Shown one piece after another: positions 22,471 to 36,512 of a stretch of 64,000 nt of DNA (the stretch's first letter is position 1; each line of letters starts with the position of its first letter). Location: positions 98,270,001 to 98,334,000 of the forward strand of contig NW_024704742.1 of the NCBI RefSeq assembly GCF_018977255.1. Direction: 5' to 3'. A model generated the notes under the pieces. The model had not been told where the DNA came from and ran no database searches. It was given only the letters and a program-made list of their open reading frames with translations. A program made the translations under genes and the position numbers. The DNA comes from Callorhinchus milii (lineage: Eukaryota).

Positions 22471-24199
22471 TAAAGAATTGGTGTATTAGAATAGCTATGA
22501 ATAAGAAGTATTGACTGTTCTGGGGGTTCCCCACAGTTTAAGTTTTATTCAATGTGACATGTCTTTATAGCCTGCTATGTTTTCTCTAACACTAGCACTA
22601 GTCCAGGGATCAAGGTTACGTATGCAGAGGAAGCAATCACACGTGCCTACCATAGCTGCAAAGCGTTTGACAAGAGGCAAACTAGGGCTAATAAGCAGTT
22701 GAATAGATAAAGTTGTCTCTTACCTCCTCCAATTTTATGATCTTTTAGCTTGGACCATTTCTTGCTCATGATTAATTAAGAAACGCCTGAATATCATCAA
22801 AAAAAGCTAAAAAAATGTTAAAGCAAATTAACTTTTTATATGTTATTGAACTCAATCATTTCGTTTTAAATAGGTTTTTATATGGCAATCCTGGGGTTTG
22901 TGTGGATGGTTAGTGCTGTGCATCATGAATTTGCTGTCTTCTTCCTGCTGGAATGAGATGATGAAGCAGAAGCATTACCGCTGGCTTTTTGACAGGCCAA
23001 AGAGCTGTCAGACTCAAGCTGAGAGGAAGATTTCTCCCCCAGAAGAATCTCTAAAATATCCTCAAGAAAAGTTTGACAGGATTATTTCAAGGGACGGTGC
23101 TGTGGATATTAACCTGACTCATAACTAGTCTAAATCCAGTCCATCAGTATGATTGGTTTTGGGAAACCAGATTGGAGGAAACTCTTCTGCTGGATGTAGC
23201 TGAGTGGTTGTCATCTAGTCAGAGTCCTGTCTTCTTGTCACTTAAAGAACAAAGCACCAAAAGATCTTAGCCACTGCAACCTGAATTAATGCATTTGGGG
23301 GATTCTTAAGGAAATAGTCAAAGGGTTTGGCAAAAATATTCGGGTTAAAAACTGTTGTGTCTTGTGATCACTGCTATTAATTATGCCATTCATTGCAAGA
23401 TCACTGTTAACAGCTAATGGCATTGAGTATTCCAAGGGTGTGTCGTGTCATCTCCCCACTTGCCCACCACCCTCTGCCCCCCACCCAACCAGCTTTACCT
23501 GACGCTAGCCCCTGGCTACCATTAGATTAGTCAATTTGTAGATAGTGGATTAATGGGTAGAGATTGGAGAGGGGGTCAAACCCAGAGATCAGACAATGCC
23601 TTTAGGTAATTGATAGGATGACATTTTCAACCATATGATAATTAACGCATCACGGGGGACCAATTTTCACCTCCATTGCATTTGGATTGGAAAGGTACAA
23701 GGATTATTACAGGCCAGTTATTCTGACATACACATGTAGCAGTGTACACAATGGTTCAGGAGAATATTATAACAAACAGAATTCATAATAATTTACACAA
23801 AACACACACAATCAATAAAAGTCTTCAAGAATATATGAACAGGAGAGTATATCCTTGGACTTTGTTGAGAATGTAAGTGGTTAGTTGATGGCGAGGTGGA
23901 AGGGTTGCAATACATTCTGTATACTTTGGCTCGCAATACTGTTTTCAAAAGAACCCAAAAGAGAAAATGAGTGAGCTATAAAATTAAGAGAGACACAGGG
24001 GGGAAGAATAAGTAATAGCTTTTTCTAATCATCATTCGGCTGAGGACTTACCTGCTTATTAAATACAGCTGAAAGGATTAATAAAAAGATATGCAGAATT
24101 TCTAAATTTGCAGATTATATAAAATTATACATGATAACAAGGTGAAGAAGAATATTCTGGTGAGATTTAGCTGGTAACCAATGATTGACAAATAGCATA

Positions 24200-24385
24200 A
24201 TAAACCTTGCATTTGATATCATGTTGGCAAGATATCTCAAATCGCTTCACAAGATTTTACTGTGAAATGTAATGACTGCATATTATTTAGGTGAAGCCAA
24301 CAGCCAATTTGTGTACAGCAATGTCCCACAAACAGCCGTGGAGTGAATGATTAGTTTCATCTGGGGGAATGTTGGCCAGAATATG
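24200..24385 (-). mobile_element. SINE 3' portion
   Basis: CCTTGCATTTGATAT…CAGCAATGTCCCACAAACAGCC. Confidence 0.7.
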
Positions 24386-24864
24386 ATTTTGGAAAAAAAT
24401 TAATGAATTAAATGTGTGCAAATGACATGGACTTTCCAGTTTATATTGTGGTGAAGCAGGAGAAGGATTTGTAATTAGATATTTAAAAATGTATTTGAGA
24501 ATGTGAAATAGCACTAAAAATGTCTAATAATGACTTCTGCTTTGTGAATGAAAATGCAGGATTTGCTACAAAATGTATTTTATAACTGTGAAACAAAAAT
24601 CCAAATGTTAAAGACTTTGGAGAGGGTAGTGAATTATCCAGCATCTGCAGTATTTTGCCTTTCTTAAAAACTTTGCTTTCTGACCATCTGATGGACTTTT
24701 CGAATGTTTTCTCAGCTGATAAACAATTGGGAAAGTCAAATTTGACTGTAAACACAACTTGTGGTTTGCAATCACAGCTAGCATCGAAAAGTCAGAAAAT
24801 TAAAAACTGATTACCAAAAAAGACAAACATAGAATAATGCCCTAAATTTACCCACAGACTAACA

Positions 24865-25180
24865 TTACACCGCAGTGTCAGGGAAGCATTAGATTGTCGG
24901 TCATGCTGTTCTTTGGATGAGACGTTAAATCAAAGTCCCTTCTGCTTGTTCAGGTGGATGTTAAAGATCCCGTTATACTGTTTGAAAAGAGAAGGGAGTT
25001 TCTCCCGGGGTCTTGGGCAATAATCCTCCAAATAAATTGGTCATTCACATTGCACTGTAACAAATTGACTATTGTATTCACCCAGAAAGTATATTGTGGC
25101 TACATTTTATAGCAATTCCCTATGAAACACTGATATATTATAGGTACCATATGAAATGCGGGGATTATTGTTCTATTATA
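24865..25180 (+). mobile_element. Deu-domain SINE
   Basis: TTTGGATGAGACGTTAAA…TTCAGGTGGATGTTAAAGATCCC…GAAGGGAGTTTCTCCCGGGGTCTTGG is the core known from SINE3/AmnSINE1/SacSINE1. Confidence 0.75.
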
Positions 25181-25297
25181 ATCAATCAGACTCCAAAAGG
25201 AATATGTATTCTATCCTGAGAATATAGCAAAGAACAACACAGATCCTAGATAAGCTAATAGGGTTCTGATTATTCTGTATATCAAGAATAGGATAAA

Positions 25298-25510
25298 AAT
25301 AATAATAATAATCCTTGCTTTTGATATAGCATCTTATCGCATCCTCTAGCTATCTCAAAGCGATTCACAGAATATACTATAAAGTGAATTGACTGCATAT
25401 TTTGTGGGCGAAATGCGATAGCCAATTGCACAGAGCAGTGTTCCACAAACATTTGTGGAATTGAGTGACCAACATTTTTTATTATTTTATTTTTGTTTAA
25501 GGGATTATTA
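25298..25510 (-). mobile_element. tRNA-SINE 3' half
   Basis: (AAT)n CCTTGC…GCCAATTGCACAGAGCAGTGTTCCACAAAC. Confidence 0.85.
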
Positions 25511-25539
25511 CAACTAAAAAAGGGGTTCTACTTGCTAAG

Positions 25540-25972
25540 ATAGATACAGAGAATTGTTTTCCTCTGGGAGGGAAATTGAACCGTAGAAGTTTACAGAAGA
25601 GAAGAAAGCCATTGACACATCATGTCTCTACTGGTTGTTTTAAGAGAATCCTTTAAGTCTCGCATTCAGGACAAGAGGCTGTGATTTGAACATTAAAGCT
25701 AAGCCAATGAAGAGTAAAATCAGAAAACACTTTTTCACCCAAAAGGTGGGGGGAATGTGAAATTAACTGCTCTTAAAGGTTGTTGATGCCGAGTCAATTG
25801 TAAATATTTAGGAAGAATTTAGATGAATATTTGGTTGGCAGGGGTATCAAGGCATACAGTGAAAGGACAGAGAAATGATAAGTTACAGATCAGCCATGGT
25901 CTAATAAACTGGTGGAACAGGCTGAATGACCTGAATGGTCCATACCTGTTCCTATCATCTTATGTTCTTATG
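25540..25972 (+). mobile_element. CR1 3' fragment
   Basis: RKHFFTQKVGGM*N*L-like segment and 3'UTR ending CTTATGTTCTTATGT. Confidence 0.7.
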
Positions 25973-26573
25973 TTAAGTATGATCTTTAAAGGAACATTGG
26001 TGCATGTAACATTGCTAAATCACTTACTGAAAAGAAGATTGGCAAGTACTCTAACTATAATTATATGAATAAGGTATTTAAGATAATAAGATAATTAGAC
26101 AAAGTAAAATAAAACATTAACTGTTCAAAATTATTTGAGTGGAAATTTTAGGACAAGATGTACCTTCAAAGCTAAAAAGTCACTTGCTTAGATAGATACA
26201 GAGAATTGTTGCAGGATAAATCAGGACTAGAATAATGGTAGAGGGGTAATGGCTGGAGCTGAAATCTTTTTGGGATCTTTTCTTGAGATTCTATGTTTGT
26301 GAAGCGTTTTATAAATCCCACAAATTAGGGCACACTATATGTAAGCTGGTGTAATAACATGATGAACTTCACTGGATTAAATTACTTTTACTCACCCTGA
26401 AAATTTGCTGAATTCCGATCCTCAGCTACTTGTGTGGCAGTGTCATATGAACATAATCACAAATTGCAATGAAGGTTGTTGTGGGATGTTAGCTAGAGTT
26501 GAAAGCATAACATAAAACCCACAGATGTCCGCAGTAACTAGCTCAATACTGGATAAATACTGCATCTCCATAA

Positions 26574-26888
26574 AATAATAATAATAATAATAATAATCCT
26601 TGCATTTGATATAGCGCCTTATCACGTATTTGAGACGCCTCAAAGCGTTTCACAGAATATACTGTAAAGTGAATTGACTGTATATTTTGTAGGCAAAATG
26701 CACCAGCCAATTGCGCACTAGTGTCCTACAAACAGTCGTGGATTGAGTGACCGCATCATTATTATTTTTTGGAGGGATTATTACCTCCAGAAAGCGATCT
26801 GCCAATCAACTAACAAGCAGGTTCCTTCTTACTGCTGGGTAAACAGAGGTATGTGTGTGGAACAAGGAAACTTGCCTAAGGTTTCGCT
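26574..26888 (-). mobile_element. tRNA-SINE lacking its head
   Basis: Tail and body match the 33550 and 58635 copies. Confidence 0.92.
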
Positions 26889-28925
26889 ATAAATGGTTTT
26901 ACAGACATATTAAAGATTGATGGATAAAATAAACTGCCTGCAATGGTAATGCTTGTTTTCTCCTTATGTTTGTTGTTTTCTCAGACTCGGGGAAATTTGT
27001 AGCATGCAATCACATCGGCAAAATTGCAGATGAAGATGCAAGGATTATTAATAGATATCGGATATCTTAGGTGTAGGAGAAGGGCACTTCACCCCCGAGG
27101 TCAGTGATAACTAATGATTTCTTTAGATTTTTGGTTGATGTGATAATAGCACCAGTGATAAATATATCTTACAATTTTTAACTAAATCCCCTCCCATCTT
27201 TCAGAAGTTTCAAAATCAGAAATATTGATTGGCAATGAGAACCTTTCTTTACAGAGTCAAGTTGTTAATATGCTGCTAAACTGTGATCATGATGAATTTC
27301 ATAAGGAATGGCTCATGAAATCTTATAAACAATGGGCACCATGGGACCAGTCAGGAGAAACTGCTGCATTCATCTTTGCCCGTAAATTATCACTCTTTGC
27401 ACAAACAATTTCCCTGTTAAACATTCTAATAGACAACAAATGGAAACTTTATCAGTTTATTGCTGAATTATTTTAGACAGCAACATTTTAATTTACAGAC
27501 CATGCACAAATAATCGAGTCACCATCAGATCTGCAACAGTCCTTATGCAAGAGTTGCACTGAAGCTGATATAATAATTTGCAGCAGAAGGTGATTATGAA
27601 TAATTGAATGGTCCTTTCACCATCTGTCCAGTTAGGGCTCTGGCGTACAAAACCTTCCATGCCTAGCATCTTAGGATAGGCAAGTGCATTCATTTAGAAT
27701 TATTGAAGGCCCCACAATGTAAACACACAACTTTATGTGCCAAACCACATCAGATTAATCTGATCTGTGCAATGCATTTTGTGCTCCGTTGATTGGAACC
27801 AATTAGCTCTGTTCCTTGTTTATAACACATGTCCTTGTTAGGCGGCTAAGCTAAATCCACAAAATCGTTGTGCTAAAAACCCACAGTGGCACTGTCCGCA
27901 GCACGTCAACCTTCTCAGGGTGTCATTGGATGTGTCTGACAGGCATTTGGTTTGTTGAACTCCTGACCCATCTTGCAATGTCTTAGATTGTTTTTTTTCA
28001 CACCCCCCCCCCCCCCCCACACAACCCACACACACAGAATCAGCTTGAATATCAAACATAAACTGCATGGAAGTTAACCAGCAAAAAAAGAGGTATCAAA
28101 AGAGTTCGTAAGATATTGGGAATAATAAAATATATTTAAAAAAATCTAATTTTGCTCATCCTTATGGAAATGGATACCCTTTGTGATGAGATGCTGATGA
28201 TCAGAACATAGAGATTCTAGAAACCTCTGAACGCCAAATATTTGTAAACCTCAAAAGCATACATATTAAAATTAATAAACTTTTGATACCAGGTCAGAGC
28301 TGAAAGAAATTGCAAAGAACTTTCTCTGATCAGAAGGACTCTGATCTGAGGCACACTATGAAATAAAAACATTGGAAAAGGAAGCCACCTTTCACACTAC
28401 AAAATATAGAGGGGTCTTGAAATTGCTCATGTTGAAAAATAATATTAAAGTTAGTGGCCTTTTGGAAAGGCACAGAAGGTAAACATCAGTCATTGTTTTC
28501 TGTGCCTGTTACTTAAATATTTAGTCTTCAACTCAGGTATTGAGAGTGAAGGGGTCACCAGGAAGTTCTGGCATGTGACTGTGGCTGATTTGTGTTAGAC
28601 ACCATATTACATCTTAGACATTGCAGGCTAAAGGTTCTGGAAGCAAGAAGGAAAATGATCTCCTCTTATTATAACTTAAGAGTAAACAAAATCTTCAGAG
28701 AGGAAAGAGTAAGAAAATGCTTCAGAAACAAAGGTATTAAATGTGCTATGCAATCTCCTGCTCATTACGTTGGATCGAGAGTTTATTAGATCTGTGTTTG
28801 GCACAGGTATGAAGCTTAAAGTAGTCAAAGTTGATACCTTGGCTTATCCTTAATGTTCTTTCCTCTCTCTATGCTCTCTCTCCACTCTGCTCTGTGGCAA
28901 AGGAACTTAAAAGTACTTTGTGTGT

Positions 28926-29020
28926 ATGGAGTCCTGCAGCTTAGTGGTTACATGGAGTCCTGTTGTTCATTGGTTAGAGCACTTGCCTCGCAAGTGAGAG
29001 ATCTGGGTTCGATTCCCAGG
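28926..29020 (+). mobile_element. SINE head only, with duplicated 5' end
   Basis: TGGAGTCCTGCAGCTTAGTGGTTACA-TGGAGTCCTG…GGTTCGATTCCC. Confidence 0.8.
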
Positions 29021-29584
29021 TCTGTATTGCTCATCAATTTTTTTCGTTACTCGAAGACTTGATTGATGTCCTAATAATATTAACTCAGAAAGTGAACAGA
29101 GGCTTTTCCCTTTGTCAGCCCTGCACTGTCCAAAGAGATTGGGGTGTTCCAGCACAGAAAGAATAATAATCCTGGCAATTCACATAGCGCCTTATCATAT
29201 TATCAAAACATATCGAACAGAATTTACTGTAAAGTGCAATGACTGTGAATTTGTGGGCGACTGATCAGTTTTCAAAATGTTAGTACTAGGAGCGACTGGG
29301 CATGTTGCCTATTGTGGCACTAACTTTTCTGCGGTAAAAAAATAAATGAGCACTTTTTAACAACATATTTTTGAAGAAACATTTTTTTTCAGGGAGGTAG
29401 TTTAAGTTCTAAAAAACCCAAGGAAATGCTTTTAAACGGGTTACCCAATAACAATGAGCAAAATGCCATATGAATAAGAAAAAACAAACCAGGTTAACTA
29501 CACTTCTTTTTTCTCTGGTCCAGAACATTCCTTTATTCTTATATCAGAAAAAAAACATTATTTTTTCTTGCATTTGACATAGTG

Positions 29585-29785
29585 CTTATCAGCCTCCCCA
29601 ACTCTTCCCTCCAGAGGTTGCAAATCATCCAGAACTCTGCAGCCAGTGTCCTCTTCCACACCAGCTCCACGACCCTATCACCTCATCCTCACGCAACTCC
29701 ACTGGCTTCACATCACATAGAGGATACAGTTCAAGAGCCTGGTCCTCACTTTCAAAGCCCTCCATTGCCTTGCTCTGCGACCTTT
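29585..29785 (+). mobile_element. L2 ORF2 C-terminal fragment
   Basis: LISLPNSSLQRLQIIQNSAASVL, followed by an LHWL motif in another frame. Confidence 0.85.
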
Positions 29786-30899
29786 TTGAATAGTACAATG
29801 AGATCTTCAATATCCACCTAAACAGACAGATTCAGTTTTAGCCTCCAACAATACAGTTGTGCGCTGCATTGGAGTGTTAGCCCAGACAATATGAGTTCAT
29901 ATAAAACACAAATAAATACCATGCAGGGACTTGATTTCTCCCGCAACATTAGGAAAGCCTACAGTAGAACGAAAGGCAGGTTTGACAAGCTCTTAATGCT
30001 GAGTAATGAATGACAAAACATTATTGATGGTTTTTATGCTTCAATGTAGCTGTTAGGTGATTAACAGGGTTGGAAATGGAGCTTCAAGTAATTCCTAAGA
30101 TAATTTCAGGTTCTGGAAAATCCTTGTGGAGAGTAAGGACAATAGTTACCTTGACAACCACAGGTAGAGCATGGGTTTCCAGATTGCCCTTTCAGAGGTC
30201 ATAGAAGTCTATTAAAATCTGCTCATAAGAAGTTTGTGACATAAGACTCGTGCCTCAGGCAATCTAGACTTGGCCTCCAGGGTCCAATAAGTGTGGCCTT
30301 AATGGTACGCCTGCCTTCCAATCTTCCTCTTGTTGCAGTAGCATTAGAATTATTGCCCTTGAAACCTTTGTGGTGAATTGTCCATGTATGTCGTGAGACT
30401 GAATTTGTTACATTTCTGAATTCATTTGAACAGAATCTGAATAGGTCTAAGTCATTTTGCTGCAAACAATTCAGGAAGAAATGTATTCTGTAAGAGAGTA
30501 GTAGTAGCACAAGTACTATGCTTTAATCCTGTATGAAAGGAAAGTCCCTGACAAAATAAGATTTTAAATAAGCGATTGAAAATACCAAAGTTTAAAAAAA
30601 ATCTGTGAAACACTTAATCAGTGTCATTTGTAGAATCAAAAGTTAACATATTCTGTTTCAGGGATACCAACATTGTGGTTAAAAAAAAGCTTATAGTTTA
30701 GCACAAAGAAATGCTGATGTGAATTTAACTGTAGAGTTCTAGGTCTCGGCTTGATGGGTTTTAAGTATTGAAGTTGATAGTAATGTAATATGAGTGTCTG
30801 GTCTGAAGTCTGACTCTCATTTCTCCCAGAGATGTTACCTCATCCAGAGTTTCCATCCACGCAACAAATATATGTCTGCACGAGATTTATTTGTTGAGG

Positions 30900-31125
30900 T
30901 AGAATCATAGAATCATAGAATATTACAGCTCAAAAGGAGGCTACTCAGCCCAATGTGCCTGTGCCGGTTCTTTGGAAGAGCTACCCAATCAGTCCCACTC
31001 CCCTGCTCTTTCCCCATATCCTTGCAAATCTTTCCTTTTTAAGTACATATCTAATTCCGCCTTGAAAGTTGTTATTGAATCGGCTTCCATCACCCTTTCA
31101 GGCAGTACATTTCAGACCGTAACAA
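30900..31125 (-). mobile_element. CR1 3' end with octamer tail
   Basis: TAGAATCATAGAATCATAGAA tail on the + strand; PALSPYPCKSFLFKYISN is the antisense of the CR1 C-terminus. Confidence 0.85.
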
Positions 31126-31254
31126 CTCTTCCAGACCATAACAACTCTGCAATAAAGGTAATACAAGATGAGAACAACTTGACATGCAAGTATTTTATCA
31201 ATGTCAATGCAGAAGCCTTTGCAGCACTTTTTAATATACATGGCCTTGCTGTTG

Positions 31255-31365
31255 GCATTGATTTGTATCGTGCCCTTCACGTAGGGAGGACGGCCCAAGG
31301 GGCTGGACAATCAGTGTTTCGGACCTGAGCTGGGGTCGGGATTGGGGAAGGTGGAGGGCAGGGCA
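31255..31365 (-). mobile_element. L2 3' tail (same subfamily as 13866)
   Basis: GCTGGACAATCAGTGTTTC(G/T)GACC(T/C)GAGCTGGG is shared with ~13930. Confidence 0.75.
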
Positions 31366-32832
31366 GGAAAGGAGATGAATGAATAAATGGCCTCCTTCTG
31401 TGCTGTGAATATCCTATGATATTTCACAATTCATACTGTACAGATCAGCAAGGAACATTGCATTGAGTAAAACAAGGACTCTCCCCAAAAACAGTTAGCT
31501 GAACTTAAATCACTGCTCCTAGTCCTTTATCTCATTTTTGCGTTGCAATTTATTTATTATTTTAACAAATGTATTTCTGAGATGCAATAAATATTTCCAT
31601 TCCAACTGTGCAGAATGCTCTGGAAAGAAACTTTCATTGAAGTGAATGCTTGCAGCATTGCCGTCACTCCTGAAATGGCCAATTATAAAAAAAACAACGA
31701 TGATAATGCTGTCATCACACATCCAGTTGTTCCCATATGTACTTACAGATACCAAGAATTAACATCAAGTTGCCCTTTAACAAAAAATGACAAAATTCAC
31801 AATTCTCCACTAATATTTAATAATAATAATAATAATAATATTGTTACATTTAATACAACCCTTTATCACGTTAAAAGGATGTCTCAAAGCCCTTCACAGG
31901 ATACTTGCGAGTCTTCGAGTACAGTAATCTTCCAGATAATAATAATAATCACATTTGATATAGCACCTTTCACATTAGGAGGATGTCTAAAAGTGCTCCA
32001 CTGGGTTTACTATTAAATGTAACTATATTTTGTAGATAAACGGTAAGTTATGAATGAAGGGATGCATTTGTGTTTGATAGATTATGTAGGAAACTGAAAT
32101 TCATCAGAATAACATTGAGCTGAATGCATGGTGCTTGGCTTGCACTGATGTTAACATTAGATAATTTTACACCCTATTAATTTATGTTACTGTTCAATTT
32201 TTAATGCATTCTCCTTCGTCGTTTTATGTTGAATACAAACTCAACTCGTATCCTGATGTATGGCTAGAATTGCATCGAAACCAATTATTGCTGTCAGTCA
32301 TGGTTATTAACTGAAAACTTATACTGACTTCAGAGGATTCTTCAAGTCTGTCATCTTCATTAGGAATCTAGAAATTCTCATTTCATTTTCTAATACACAG
32401 GTCAGCCCCCTTGCACAGAAACCAATCGACAAGCCATGCAAAAGTGGAATCTACTTTCATGCCCTGTTTTGTACTGCTGGAAGTCAAGCGTTATTGTTTC
32501 CACATCAATTTGCAGTGCTGCTTTCATGCAGCAGAAGTGCCAATCGATGTGCTGCTGAAACCACCCTCTCGTGGGGGTCTCGGAAGCTCAGCTTCAGAGT
32601 GATTTGCTTTCGGATCATACTGCTCAACCGCAACTTACACTGAGCCTTTCACTTGAACAGGGTGTTATTTCCAACTGAAAGGAGAGCATAACCTACTGCA
32701 CTTAGGTATTTATGTGCAAGTTCAAATGCTGATTGCAGTGAATAGCAAATCTATTCAATCTTTAGTACTATACCATGTATTTCTTATGGCTATGGGAATT
32801 AAAATTGCGCTTTGTGATAATATCATGGGTGC

Positions 32833-33050
32833 TAATAATAATAATAAAAATATTCCTTGTATTTTGATATAGCGCTTTTCACTTCGGGAGGACGTCCCAA
32901 AGCGCTTCACAGAACACACTGTAAAGTGAATTGACTGTATATTTGTGAGCGAACGCAGCAGCCAATTGCGCACAGCAATGTCCCACAAACAGTCGTAGAT
33001 TGAAAATGAACAATTTTTATTATTGTTTTGGGTTTTTGGAGGGATTATTA
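32833..33050 (-). mobile_element. tRNA-SINE 3' half (subfamily of 56606)
   Basis: Near-identical to the reverse complement of 56720..56920. Confidence 0.92.
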
Positions 33051-33172
33051 ATATCACAGAATTTCATTATACATTATTTTGACTATAGGAGGTCAATTAT
33101 GGCATTCTAATCCTCAAATACAAGGATCATTGTACCATAATTTGACTTCCTACATTCCAAAATAATATATAA

Positions 33173-33380
33173 GAACAACAACTTGCATTCATATAGTGCC
33201 CTTCATGCGGGGAAGCATTTCAGAGCGCTGAAGAATGACCGAGAAAGGGAGAAAGGAGGTGATTGTAGGTAAAGTTGCAGAGGAAAGTCTTCAGGTGTAA
33301 TTTGAAGATGGACAAAGTGGAGGCAAGGCATAAGGATTGAGGCAGGGAGTTCCAGAGGCTTGGAGAGTAATGGCTGAAAA
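33173..33380 (-). mobile_element. Old L2 3' fragment
   Basis: FSHYSPSLWNSLPQSL…IFKLHLKTFL, with a (CAA) tail on the + strand. Confidence 0.75.
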
Positions 33381-33549
33381 TTGTTTCATGGAAGGTCTCA
33401 ATCCTTCCCAACTCCCAACCCCCACTTCCAAAAATCATTGATTCTTTGCCAGACAGCAGCTTAAAATTGATTTTAAAACTTGAATTCAAATAAAGCATCC
33501 ATTGCTGGGTTTCGGTCTCTCGCAAAGTAAAAAAGATCCTGCCATTTAG

Positions 33550-33927
33550 AATAATAATAATAATTCTTGCATTTGATATAGCGCTTTATTACGACTTCGA
33601 GACGTCTCAAAGTGCTACACAGAATATACTGTAAGGTGAAATGACTGGTTTATTTTGTGGGACAAATGCGGCAGCCAATTGCACACAGCAGCGTCCCACA
33701 AACAGTCGTGGATTAAGTGACCAATTTATTATTAATTTTTTGAAGGAATTATTGCCCCCGGAAAAGCGATCCGCCAATCAACTAACAACTGGGTTCCTAA
33801 TTACTGTTCGGTAAACAGAGGTGTATGGAGAAAGGAAACTTGCCCAACCTTTCACCCTGCTGGGAATCGAACCTAGGTCTCTTGCTGATGAGGTGAGTGC
33901 TCTAACCAATGAGCTACAGGACTCCAC
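33550..33927 (-). mobile_element. Full-length tRNA-derived SINE
   Basis: Head …GAGCTACAGGACTCCAC at 33927, B box GGAATCGAACC (as read on +), and (AAT)n tail at 33550. Confidence 0.95.
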
Positions 33928-34739
33928 GTGAATGTGAAATATATATGGGAGAAACCATTATCCATATATGGGGAATGAAGGAACCTTTCCCTTCTACCTG
34001 CCTTATGGATGATGGCTTCTCCCACATGTACTTCACATTCTAAATACAGTCCTAACCTTGTCGTTTTTACCACATTTTTCTCTACTATTCTTTTATTATC
34101 CATAGCATTAGTGAGTTCAAGAATATTACAGATTGGAAGATCTTGGATTGCGTTTGCATCCTCCATTACCTAGCATTAATTTCTCCACAAAAATACACAG
34201 TCACTCCATTTTACACTATATCCTGTGAAGGGCTTTGAGACGTCCTCCTGGTATGAAAGGTACTATATCAGATGCAAAGATTACTATTACTTATTATTTT
34301 CGTGCATTATGTTTCCAACATGGCTATAGAAAACAGAGGGGAAGTTTGTCACAATCCCACCAAAGGTGAAAACATCCCTTTTAAGTTCCTTTCTGAAAAA
34401 TAGAATGTGGTTAAGACAGATTGGCAGAAGATTACATTTGTGAGTAAACTATTGAAAAATACTCTTTTTAAAATGTGGTACTTTAAACATCTCTGAGTAA
34501 TTTGCATTAATTCTTGTTTAACAATAATCAATTTTAGATGATATAATATGCAATAGCTATCCTAATAATCTTGTACGTCTGAGCTAGGTAAAGAATTTAT
34601 CTATTGGAGTAATATTTCACATCACTCTTTTAGAAAGCTGCTTAAAAATTTTGAGTCTAAATTTCAAAAATTGTACCACATGTCTGATTCATTTACATTC
34701 TATTTGAATGGCATAAACTGACACATTGGAGTTGAACTA

Positions 34740-34990
34740 ACAATAAAAAGTGATATAGTACCTTATTGGGTCAAAAATATTCTCATAGCATTCTGTAAAG
34801 TGCAGTGACTGTATATTTATAGGCAAGCATGACAACCAATTTGTGCACAACAAAGTCCTACAAACAGCCATGAAAGGTCTGACCAATTTCTTCTCCATGT
34901 GATTGTAGGCCAGTATCCTGGGGAAAAAATATTTTCTCTTACCATGTCATGAGATCTTTAAAGTCCATCTACCCATTAGGGCTTTGGATC
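34740..34990 (-). mobile_element. Degraded Deu-SINE 3' part
   Basis: GTCATGAGATCTTTAAAGTCCATCT plus an L2-type tail remnant. Confidence 0.5.
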
Positions 34991-35858
34991 TCAGGATTAA
35001 CAGGAGCTGAGTGGGAAGAATCCTTGTCCCCAGTGTCCATCTAAGTTACGCCGACAAGCCAGGCTATGTGGTCATTCATCAACTGTGCCTTAGAGTACTG
35101 AGGACGCACTTGGCTCAGGAGCCAATCTACTGAGACCAGCATAGAGAACTCACTCAATTCCCCTTTTGCATTACCAAACACATCAGCTTAGCTTGAACCA
35201 GCTCAGCCACATGAAAACCCCATTTACTTCCACACTCGTCCCCAAGAAGGATATTATTATCCAACCATTGTCTGCATTGTGTTTTGCTTATCTTTTGATT
35301 CTGGTGGGCAAAAATGACGAGTTTTGATGGTTTAAATAATTCAATTTCTCTTCAGTAAACTGACAGCTGGGCCCCTTTGCAATATTGGGCTCACACATAG
35401 TCTTGATTTGAAAGCTTGTGGTACAGATCAGAGAGCTGGATGCAAAATAAAGCTGGGAAGTAGAGAGGTGATAATAATGACATAGTAATAAACATGAGAC
35501 AGGAGCAGATGGAGAATGCCAGAGGCATGAAGGAGAGCAAAGAGCAACAGGGCAGTGCAGAGACAGATTATGCCTGGGAGGAGAGGACCAAATCTGCAGA
35601 GAAATACTGCTCATTGGGTGGGAGGGAAAGAAGCCAGAAGAAAGACATGTTGGGTGTTGATAAACAAGCCAGGGATGGAGACCATTGGGGAAGAGAAAAA
35701 TAACTTGGCAGAAGGACAGAACATGTCTGCAAGGTACGAGATCAAGAGGAAAAATAAACCCAGAGAAAAAGATTAATTAGAAAGCCATAGAGAAAGTTTC
35801 AAGTGCCTCTACCCCTTTTTGGCACGTTGCTTGATTTGGAAATCCCAACGACCTATAT

Positions 35859-36512
35859 TACAACAACAACAAAATTACATTTATGGAGCGCCTTTCACGT
35901 CGGGAGGACGTCCCAAAGCGCTGAACAGTCAGATGTCGGGGCCCGAGCATGGGGGAGGGGTGGTGTAGGGGTGAGGAAGGCAGAGAGGTGGGAGGGAGAC
36001 CAAAGGCACAGTCGAAGAGAAGGTTCTTGAGACTGACTTTGAAGGAGGCAAGGGAGGAAGCGAGGCGAAGGGCCCGTGGGATGGAGTTCCAGAGTGTGGG
36101 GGCAGTACAGCCACCAATGGTAGGGCGGGTCGGGCGGGAGACAAGGTGCAGGCCGAAGCCCGATGATCGGAGGGAGTGGGCAAGTTGGTAGGGAGTCAGC
36201 AGGTCAGAGAGGTAGGATGGGGCAAGACCATAGATGGCCTTAAAGGTGAGGATGAGGATCTTGAACTCGATCCTCTGGGGAATGGGGAGCCAGTGGAGTC
36301 GGGCGAGGGTGGGAGTGATGGGGTCACAGAGCCTGGTGCGTGAAAATACACAAGTGCAGAGTTTTGGATGATCTGTAGCTTGTGAAGGGAAGAGTTGGGA
36401 AGGCCGATGAGGAGGGAGTTCCCATATTCAAGCCTTGAGGTGATGAATGCGTGGGTGAGGGTTTCAGCAGCCTGAGAAGTGTGGCAGTGACGGAGTCTGG
36501 CAATGTTGAGGA
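35859..36512 (-). mobile_element. L2 3' fragment (third subfamily)
   Basis: Colinear with 10000..10670 but with a different 3'UTR; (CAA)n tail on the + strand. Confidence 0.93.

Noticed and set aside
28003-28018. Poly-C tract (also ~45203-45231)
   Set aside because: Simple homopolymers with no supporting context.
35440-35790. Purine-rich charged ORFs
   Set aside because: Low-complexity strand skew with no recognisable domain.
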